Shown piece by piece: positions 56,105 through 64,000 of a DNA stretch of 64,000 nucleotides. The position numbers and the translations under genes were made by a program. The notes under the pieces were generated by a model that saw only the letters and a program-made list of their open reading frames with translations, searched no databases and was not told the origin of the DNA. Every line of letters begins with the position of its first letter. Position 1 is the stretch's first letter. The DNA is from Alphaproteobacteria bacterium (GTDB taxonomy: Bacteria; Pseudomonadota; Alphaproteobacteria; MPNO01; UBA830). The stretch lies in the NCBI GenBank assembly GCA_964291215.2, contig OZ219791.1, positions 512,001-576,000 of the forward strand, read 5' to 3'.

Positions 56105-57545
56105 GTATCTACTCACCCCTAGTTGGGTTCTGATTGGTCGTAGTGCTCGTTGATGATGTCTGCGGCTTTTCCGTCGAGGGCGATCTGGGTGGCGACGAGT
56201 GGGTTGTAGCCGAGTGCGGCCATGGAGGTAAGGTAGCTTGAGCCCCGGCACCATGCTTTTGCGTGGAGCGGAAGCATCCGGACACCTTGAGCTTTGCCAT
56301 CCTGATCTTCTGTTCTCCGGCATTGTTGGTGAAGCTGACGTCGGGGTCGTCTGTGAAGCGCAGGTTTTCGTGTTTCATGAGACGTTCGTGCAGGTTGTGC
56401 GCGTTTGCTATGCGTTTTCCTTTCGGCGGGATGTCGGGCAGTTCCTTGGCGCCCTGATGGTGCGCTTGCGCCCGGCCTCGTTCAGGGTCCTGGATGCGCT
56501 CTTGTTGATCTTGTGGCAGACCTCGCGGAGCAGGCTCTTCATCAGTCGCGCGGTAGCCTCGACGACGAAGGTCAGTTCGCGCAGCAGGTGGCTGCCGCTG
56601 GTGGCTACACTGCCATGTACGAGGCCCAGGACGCCCTTGTAGCACGGGCCGATCTCTTGCTTGCGGTGCGGGAACTTGCACGTCCCGACGACATGGAGCC
56701 ACTTGCTGTTGATCCGAAATCGTCGACATCGGGCGTTGCAGGAGGTGCGCCACGGCGGCCTCCTCCCATGACGCATCGTGAAAGCATAGCCGAGGCCTCG
56801 GAAAGCTTGATGCCGGAGATCGCCTGCACGAGCGCGACGGCGCAGGGACAGCATCCGGGCGACCAGCAGGTTGATGACGAGGGCTTGGATGCCGTACTGC
56901 ACGGGATGTTGTCGGGGAACCGGGCCTTGCACTTCGGGCATTCCTTGATCTCGGCGCGGCGCTCGACGACCTCGAACACGATGTCGTGCGGCGCTCCCGA
57001 TCGACGGGGCCGTCGGCGCCGCAGGCGTCGCAGGCCGCGACCGTCTCCTCGACGATGGTCTTGCGCAGGTTGTCGCCCATCTGCCGGTTCGGCTTCGGGC
57101 CGTTGCTCCCGGCACACTCTTGTCCGTCTGTGACGGCGGCAGACCGGAGTTCCGGCTCGTGCGTGGTCTTCTCCAGAAGGACGACGATGAGGATGACGAA
57201 GACGCGGATCACGGCCTCTTCCGCCACCTTGCCGGCCGCACGCAGCGCCTTGGCCGCTTCGAACTCCTCGCGCGCCGCGTTGACCGTCGCCATCACCCGG
57301 CCTTGCGCTTCATCAGCGCGCCGCCTCCGAGATGCGTTTTCACATACAGATCATGCGGGGGCTGGAGCCCCGGAAGCAGCTGGCACAGCCCGCTCGTCGC
57401 CTTCGATCCAAAGTAGCCCACTGGCGGTCCCCATCGTCCTCGATTACCACCACTAAACGAATCGGCCTGCAGTGTCAAATCTTCACGAAAACCCGTTCGT
57501 TGCTCTACCCCGACATCAAGCCGGAACCAGGGGGTGAGCAGTTAC
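56105..57545 (-). mobile_element. IS66-family element copy 2
   Basis: Inverted copy of 27641-29195 with a perfect 8-bp TSD CCCTTGAT (56097-56104, 57546-57553). Confidence 0.9.
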
Positions 57546-57625
57546 CCCTTGATGATGAAATCATCCACAGCAGTTGGGGGCGGGAAAATGTGGATCTGTG
57601 GGAGAGCTATGGTTGCAGAGAGATT

Positions 57626-57797
57626 CCGCTCCCCTGAGCGAACACGCACAGGGGAGCGGGGTGCGGGGATCAAACGATCTCCGCGGAGGTTGCCGTTTCG
57701 ACCTTGACAGGGCCGTGTCCGAGTGTGGTCGGCCAACCTCCCTTGACGTCCCTCGCATGGATGCTTGGGTTTGAACCCGTATCATCGTAAGGCGAGG
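57626..57797 (+). ncRNA. Putative IS110 bridge RNA
   Basis: 11-bp 5' hairpin, then two stems with internal loops. The second loop holds ATGGATGCT, identical to the element right end plus CT core. Confidence 0.65.
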
Positions 57798-59411
57798 AGC
57801 AAGGGACGATGGTCAAGATAGTAGCAGGGGTCAGCCAGTCTGGACATCTGGCGCATTGTTTTGCGAACGACGCCACGGGCAGGTGGCTTCGCGGCCTCGG
57901 GGTGAGCCGGGTGGTGGGCGACAGGCCGCTATCACCGCAAGGTTCACCAGTGTCTTCATGACCGGGGCTTCAAGGTTATTCTCGTCAACCCGTTGCGGGC
58001 TTCGCCGAGGCGATGGGCCAACCGCGTCGACGCCAAGATCGGCTGGGCGATCTTGAGCCTGTGGCTCCGCCTTCCTCAAGAGCCTGGAGGATCTCCTGGT
58101 GCCGCGCTTGTCGACGCGTGGCAGATGAGGAGGATGGCGAGACCGTCACAAGGGCCTCAGCGGCCGATCTCGATGACCGCATTGCCGGTGCGGCGATCAA
58201 AGCGGTGATCGCCGGTGATCCCGAGCAGAGCTACGCCATCCTGACCTCGATCCGGTGACCGCCGCGGCCCTTCTGGATGCCCGAACTCGGCAGCGTCGGC
58301 AGCCTTGATCGGGGTGGCGCCAACGACCACGGTGCTCGGGACATCCGTGGCGGGCGCCGAAGGCCACGTGATCTCCTGGCCGCAACCGGCACGCTTCAAC
58401 GCGGACCTGGTGCGCCTCAAGACTGCCGGCAAGCAAGGTCGCGATTGTCGCCGTGATGCGCAAGCTCTGGCGAACACCTTGCTGCGACAGCAGCGTTGCC
58501 TGAAGCACCGGTGAGTGAGCGAAGGAGACACGGCCCTGCCGAGAGGCAGCGCCGCGCGCCGCAAGGCCCCCACCTCCACCACCGAAAGCCCCATCGTTCC
58601 CGTGCGCAACGCTGGTGCGATGCGGTGGCTCGGTGCGGTGCAGGAGCACTATCGGGACTGTCTCGACAGTCTCCCTCTACGACACGACTTGGGGAGAATG
58701 TCTGCAGATCATCGTCGAGGTCGACATCAAGGAGATCGAACCGCCTTGGGACACCTGGAACCCGGACGGTCACGTGCCCGGGGACGGCAAGGTAGCCGCG
58801 TTCACGTGACCAATGGACGGCAACCCGCCGCCGGGACCACAAGCTTCATGTCGCCTCGCTCGCAGAGCAAACCCCACACCGCTTGTGGACAACCACAGAA
58901 AACATCACCACAGACACCCGCAAAAACCTTGCCAAGAAACATGGATGCTCGGTCGAACGCGCCTCGCCGCAACAGCTGCTCGCATGGAATCGCGGACACT
59001 GGGTAGTCGAGAGCCACCATCATGTCCGCGATGCCACCTTCCGCGAAGACGACTCCATGCTCCGAACGCGCCCGCAAACAACGCGATCACCCTCGCAATC
59101 ATCATCCGCAACAAACGCAAGCTGCCCAAACCCTTCAACAGCTTCGTCGACACCACTATGTCGACAAGCGCAAGCAGGTCCTGCACGCAATCACAAGACC
59201 AGGCTGACCGCGCCTCTCTCCCCGACAGAAACCGCAAGCTTTCGAGCCCGGCAACCAAGGCCTCTCGCTCGCCCCGGATACGCCGACCAATCGCGCCCCG
59301 CGCCGCAACAGCGCGTCAGAAAATCTCAAAATCGCAGCCTCGAACGCGTCGACCCGCGCCACGATCAGGACTCCGATCACATCACATCAACAAGCATGGG
59401 ATCACCTTGGC

Positions 59412-59605
59412 CAGGACTTTCCCACGCTGTGGTTGGTGTTTTGAATGACCGCTGAACGGGGCACAAATTTCCGCATTCTTGCCAGGTTTTCCGGCTGCGG
59501 CGACCCGTAGACGGCCCCGCGGCCAGAAAACCCGACAGGCTTGGGCCTGGGCAGCCTCTTTCCATCAGCAGTCGGCAAGATCGAATGCAGCGTGGGATAG
59601 TCCTG
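59412..59605. mobile_element. MITE with ISAs1-type ends
   Basis: TIR CAGGACTTTCCCACGCTG / CAGCGTGGGATAGTCCTG. Confidence 0.8.
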
Positions 59606-59615
59606 GCATCGGGCC

Positions 59616-59803
59616 CACGACGATCCCATGCTAATTCAGAGACAGGAAATCCGAATGCGTTGGGGCTCATCACAGATCGCCTCCTTGATCGCAATTTTTG
59701 TGCCGAGAAGGCCCCATCGAGCCTTGACGGCGCGATTGCATCGCGACGCAAACTGAGAAAATCTCGCCAGTCGTCGCCGGATTAGCAGCGTGGGATCACC
59801 GTG
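59616..59803. mobile_element. MITE, relative of 20794-20985
   Basis: TIR CACGACGATCCCATGCT / AGCGTGGGATCACCGTG, 10-bp TSD GCATCGGGCC. Confidence 0.85.
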
Positions 59804-59989
59804 GCATCGGGCCGGCTGCCGCGCAATCAACTGAAGCGGACAATTCGCATGTCACATACACCGGACACTGCAGAACGTTATCGATCGCGGCCATCAAGCG
59901 CCGCGCGGCCCGTCGCGCGACGGAGGAATGCCCGGACATGAAGCCTGGCTGTCCATAGTTGCCGCGGAGCCCTTTCCGGCTGCGCCCTA

Positions 59990-61208
59990 GTAGTCCACCG
60001 GCATTGTATTGATGGTTTTTTGTGGGTAGTATTTCCGTGTCGGCGTTCGTTGGAATCTGGACAGTACCGATATCCACACGGGCAGATGCCGAACAGGCAG
60101 GCAGCCGCAGCCCCATGCGCAGGTCCGGACAACGGGCATGCCCGCAGGTCTTCGGCGCAATGACAGGAGCGGCGCATATGGCCGACTCTCGGGGCAGGAA
60201 GCTCTACCGCGTGACCCTTTCAACGCAGGAGCGCCAGGATCTGAAGGCGATCGTCGACGGCACCGGGGCCGCCTGGCGCCGGGCACAAATCCTGATGCTG
60301 AGGGGCGCTTGTCGATGCCGACATTGCGCTGGGCATCGGCACGGCGACGGTCGAGCGTTTGCGCAAGCGCTGCGTCCTGGAGGGGCTGGACGCCGCCCGC
60401 AAGGAGCAGGTGAACCGCCGGCCAAAACGGGGGCGATGGAGGCGAAGCTGATCGCCCTGTTCGTCCCCGCCCGAGGGCTGTGGACGCTGAAGCTGCTTGC
60501 CGGCCGTCTGGTGGAGATGGAGATCGTCGAGCGCATTTCGGAAGAGACGGTCAGGAAGACGCTAAAAAAAAGAGATCAAGCCGTGGCTGAAGCAGTACTG
60601 GTGCATTCCACCGCACCGGAGCGCACAGTTCGTGGCGGCGATGGAGGATGTGCTTGACATTTATCAGCGGGACTTTGCCGGGGACGAGGTGCTGAGACCA
60701 GCCGGCAGCTGACGAAGGAACCCCCCCGGTCAGCCGGAGGTGGTCGACTATGAATATGAGCGCAACGGCACGGCCAACCTCTTCATGGCCTTTGCGCCCA
60801 ACGAGAACTGGCGCACGGTGAAAGTCACCGACCGCCGCGGGACTGGGCGCACTTCATCCGGGAGCTTGCCGACGACCATTTCCCCGACAGGAAGATCGTG
60901 CTGGACAATCTGAACACGCACAGTCGCTGTATGAAGCCTTCGAGCCCGAGGAGGCGGGTACGAAAGCGGTTCGAGTTTCGCTATACGCCGAAGCACGGAA
61001 GCTGGCTCAACATGGCCGAGATCGGTGCGCTGTCGCGGCAATGCCTTCGGCGACGCATTCCCGACCGCGACACCATGCTGCGGGAGACCGTGGCGTGGGT
61101 CGAGCGCCGCAATGCGGCCGATGTCACTGTCGACTGGCGTTTCACGACGAAGGATGCCCGGACGAAACTGAAGTCACTATATCCTTCAATCCAATAATGT
61201 CAGACTAC
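59990..61208 (+). mobile_element. IS630-family element, degenerate
   Basis: GTAGTC / GACTAC ends in a CTAG context (TA duplication); DYEYERNGTANLF, LDNLNTH, YTPKHGSWLNMAEI, WRFTTKDARTKLKSLYP. Confidence 0.85.
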
Positions 61209-61489
61209 TAGCGATGCCGGACCCTGCCGGACCAGCCTACCGTTCCCGCACTTGCTCTGAGCGGTCTCTGACCGTTACATTTTGTCACAGAACAACGGCC
61301 CCCGGACAAATGCATGCAACATGGTTGTGCGAGGATCGCACGCAACCAGCTTGGCGGTGCACACGCCAACGGGCAGGGGCGATGAGGGCGTCAGACCCTG
61401 CCCCACCAACGCGGGGGCGAACCCGCAGGTGCATGGCCCGGTTCGGGAGCCCGGCATGAAACCGGTGGAATTCGGACGGAAGGCTTCGC

Positions 61490-63136
61490 ATGTCGAAACG
61501 TAGACTCCTTGTCCTGCTCGGCGCTGGCGTTCTGATCGCGCTTGGCAGCGCCGTCTTTGCCCTCGACAAGGAACCGGTCACCGGCAAGACCTTCCTAACC
61601 GCAAAGGTCGAACGCGGCGATGTCCTGAAATCCGTGTCGGCCTCGGGCGAACTGGGGGCCGTGATCACGGTCCAGGTGGGCTCGGAGATCTCGGGTCAGA
61701 TCTCGGAACTGCAGGCGGACTTCAACTCCAGGGTCAGGGCCGATCAGGTCATCGCGCGCATCGACCCAGAAAGCTTCGAGGCCCGGGTGAACCAGTCAAG
61801 GGCGGAACTCGCGGTTGCCGACGCCACCGTCGGCATCCGGAGCGCCGCGCTGGTCCAGGCGCGGGCAAATCTGCAGAACGCACGGGCGCAGCTTGCCGTC
61901 GGGGAAGCGAACCTCAAACGCACCAAGGTAACGGCCGCGGACCTGAAACTCGACTACGACCGCAAACGGCAGCTGCGCGGGCGTGGTGCGGTTGCCGCCA
62001 GCGCGGTCGACAAGACGCGTGCGGCATGGGAGGCAGCGGTCCAGCAGGTCTCGGCCGCCGAGGCGCAGCGGCGCGCCCATCGATCGACCATTTCCGCCCG
62101 CACGGCCCAGGTCAGGATGGCCGAGGCAGAAATTGTCCACGCCCGCGCCCAAGTGCAGCAGAAGAAGGCCTCCCTCAAGGTCGCGGAGGTCAATCTGGAC
62201 AACACGTACATCCGCTCTCCGGTCGATGGTGTCGTCATCGGGCGCAATGTCGATGTGGGCCAGACGGTCGCCGCCAGCCTGCAGGCGCCAACGCTGTTCA
62301 CCATCGCCCAGGACCTGCGGAAAATGCAGGTCGAAACCAGCATCGACGAAGCGGATATCGGGCAGGTGAGGGTCGGCCAGGTGGCGACGTTCACGGTAGA
62401 CTCCTTTCCCGGACGGCAGTTTCAGGGCAGTGTCACGCAAATCCGTCTGCAGCCGCGAAACGTCCAGAACGTCGTGACCTACACCGTGGTTCTGACCGCC
62501 GACAATGGCGACCTCCGCCTACTCCCGGGGATGACCGCAAATGTCGAAATCAAAGTGTCCAGCCGGTCCGGCGTTCTGCGCGTCCCGAATGCCGCGTTGC
62601 GCTTCAACCCTCCCGGCGCATCCCCACCGGCAGCGGCAGCCAGGAGCCCGGGCGGGCGGCCGAGTGCGGCGGCAAGGGCGGAACGGCGAGCGCAGGCTCA
62701 GGCACGCCGCAGGCGCCTTGCAGAGACCCTCGGCCTCGACGAGCAACAACAGGACCGGCTGCAGGAGATCGAGCACGCCACCTTTCAGCGCATCGCCTCG
62801 CTCAGGCGAAACGGCATCCGTGGGGAAGAGTTCCGCAATTCGGCCCGCCGGCTTCGCGAACAGGCGAGCAAGGACGTCATGACCATTCTCAATCCCGAGC
62901 AGCGGGTGAAGTACGGAACGCTCCTCGCCAAGCGGCGCACCAACCCGGTCCGGCGCGCGCGGGCCTGGGTCCTTGAAAACGGCGAGCCGAAGGCGGTCCG
63001 CGTGTTTATCGGCGTCGGCGACGGAAAGTTCACCGAAATGGTTCGTGGCGGCCTGACCGAAGGGCAGGAGGTACTGGTCGGTGTCGGCAGGCCTGTGGAG
63101 CAACGGCCACACAGGTTCTGGCGTTTCGGGCTGTAG
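61490..63136 (+). CDS. Efflux periplasmic adaptor (MacA-like)
   Basis: VQVGSEISG, IRSPVDGVV, GQTVAASLQAPTLF, LLPGMTA. Confidence 0.9.
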   Translation: MSKRRLLVLLGAGVLIALGSAVFALDKEPVTGKTFLTAKVERGDVLKSVSASGELGAVITVQVGSEISGQISELQADFNSRVRADQVIARIDPESFEARVNQSRAELAVADATVGIRSAALVQARANLQNARAQLAVGEANLKRTKVTAADLKLDYDRKRQLRGRGAVAASAVDKTRAAWEAAVQQVSAAEAQRRAHRSTISARTAQVRMAEAEIVHARAQVQQKKASLKVAEVNLDNTYIRSPVDGVVIGRNVDVGQTVAASLQAPTLFTIAQDLRKMQVETSIDEADIGQVRVGQVATFTVDSFPGRQFQGSVTQIRLQPRNVQNVVTYTVVLTADNGDLRLLPGMTANVEIKVSSRSGVLRVPNAALRFNPPGASPPAAAARSPGGRPSAAARAERRAQAQARRRRLAETLGLDEQQQDRLQEIEHATFQRIASLRRNGIRGEEFRNSARRLREQASKDVMTILNPEQRVKYGTLLAKRRTNPVRRARAWVLENGEPKAVRVFIGVGDGKFTEMVRGGLTEGQEVLVGVGRPVEQRPHRFWRFGL

Positions 63137-63137
63137 G

Positions 63138-63887
63138 GTGACCGAATTCCTGATCCGCACGGAGTCGCTGACTAGGAACTACGTCCTGGGCGACAACGTG
63201 GTACATGCCCTGCGCGGCGTTTCCCTCGCCATCGCACCGGGCCAATTCGTTGCCATCATGGGCCCTTCCGGCTCGGGAAAGTCCACCATGATGAACCTTC
63301 TGGGATGCCTGGATACGCCCACGGCAGGGCAGTATTTCCTCGACCGCGTGGACGTTGCCGCTCTCGACGCGGACGAGCTTGCGAGAACCCGAAACAGCAA
63401 GATCGGCTTCGTCTTCCAGAACTTCAATCTGCTGGCGCGCACTTCCGCCCTCGACAACGTCAAACTGCCGCTGCTCTACAGTTCGATGGACAAGAGCGCC
63501 CGCACCCGGTGCGCCAAACGGGTTCTCGGCGAGGTGGGGCTGGCAGACCGTCTCGACCATCACCCGTCGCAGCTCTCGGGCGGCCAGCAGCAACGGGTTG
63601 CGATCGCCCGCGCTCTGGTCAATCAGCCGGCGCTGATCCTCGCCGACGAGCCGACAGGTGCGCTCGACACCCGCACCGGCCTTGAGATCATGGGCGTCTT
63701 CCAGCGCCTGAACCGCAGCGGCATGACGGTCATCGTCGTCACCCACGAGGCCGATGTGGCGCGGTTCGCCGGTCATGTGATCCGCTTCCAGGACGGGCTC
63801 GTCGTCGAGGAGGAGCTCGTCGAGGAGCCCGCTGACGCGGAGGCGCTCCTGAGCGCAATGCCGGCGCAGGTCCGGCCGGCGGCATGA
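63138..63887 (+). CDS. ABC transporter ATP-binding protein (MacB/LolD-like)
   Basis: GPSGSGKS, LSGGQQQR, ADEPTG. Confidence 0.93.
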   Translation: MTEFLIRTESLTRNYVLGDNVVHALRGVSLAIAPGQFVAIMGPSGSGKSTMMNLLGCLDTPTAGQYFLDRVDVAALDADELARTRNSKIGFVFQNFNLLARTSALDNVKLPLLYSSMDKSARTRCAKRVLGEVGLADRLDHHPSQLSGGQQQRVAIARALVNQPALILADEPTGALDTRTGLEIMGVFQRLNRSGMTVIVVTHEADVARFAGHVIRFQDGLVVEEELVEEPADAEALLSAMPAQVRPAA

Positions 63888-64000
63888 CCTGCTCGGATTC
63901 CGTCGCTGCCGCATTCCTGGCCATTCGGGTCAATTTCCTGCGAAGCGTCCTGACGGCGCTCGGGATCATCATTGGCGTCGGCGCCGTGATCGTCATGATC
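63884..64000 (+). CDS. ABC transporter permease (MacB-like), 5' part only
   Basis: NFLRSVLTALGIIIGVGAVIVM. Confidence 0.85.
   Translation, partial: MTCSDSVAAAFLAIRVNFLRSVLTALGIIIGVGAVIVMI

Larger units (their letters stand above)
56078..58949 (+). mobile_element. IS110-family element (degenerate recombinase ~57809-58503) with CT core duplication; contains an IS66 in its left end
   Basis: Empty site ATGAC-CT-CGGTCG is present in copy A (~4730). Broken DEDD motifs MVKIVAGV, ATGRYHR, LVNP, RVDAK and C-terminal LTSI, MPELG, IGVAP, AIVAVMRKL. Confidence 0.82.
54765..59409 (+). mobile_element. DUF4338-ISAs1 element copy B, interrupted at 56077 by IS110
   Basis: 54765-56077 plus 58950-59409 align with 3460-5197, with the same TIRs. 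Confidence 0.82.

Noticed and set aside
59400-59813. CRISPR array
   Set aside because: The repeats are 10-bp target duplications separating ~190-bp TIR-bounded MITEs; no cas genes in the window.

Overview
High-GC alphaproteobacterial chromosome segment. The core genes are intact: cobalamin genes (cobN, cobW, cbtBA, cobT, cobS, cobC-like, cobD, cobU), acyl-CoA catabolic genes, ffh-rpsP-rimM-trmD-rplS-leuCDB and a MacAB-like exporter. Two accessory zones interrupt them. The first, 3460-29598, is a ~26 kb island of defence-type genes and decayed IS elements: an OLD-type ATPase stub, Fic, an operon (hypothetical + QueC-like + HTH/IrrE peptidase + PIN) behind a perfect sigma70 promoter with an operator palindrome, a truncated patatin next to a second HTH/IrrE + PIN pair, and a type I RM locus with a HEPN gene and an MNT-HsdS fusion. 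The second, 54765-61208, is a nest of mobile elements, including an IS110 with a recognisable bridge-RNA-like end and ISAs1-type elements stacked at one target site. Best candidates for new biology: the QueC-IrrE-PIN operon, the MNT-HsdS/HEPN coupling, the IS110 bridge RNA plus passenger ORF, and microhomology deletions concentrated in mobile DNA. All family assignments come from motifs recognised by eye; no database searches were run.
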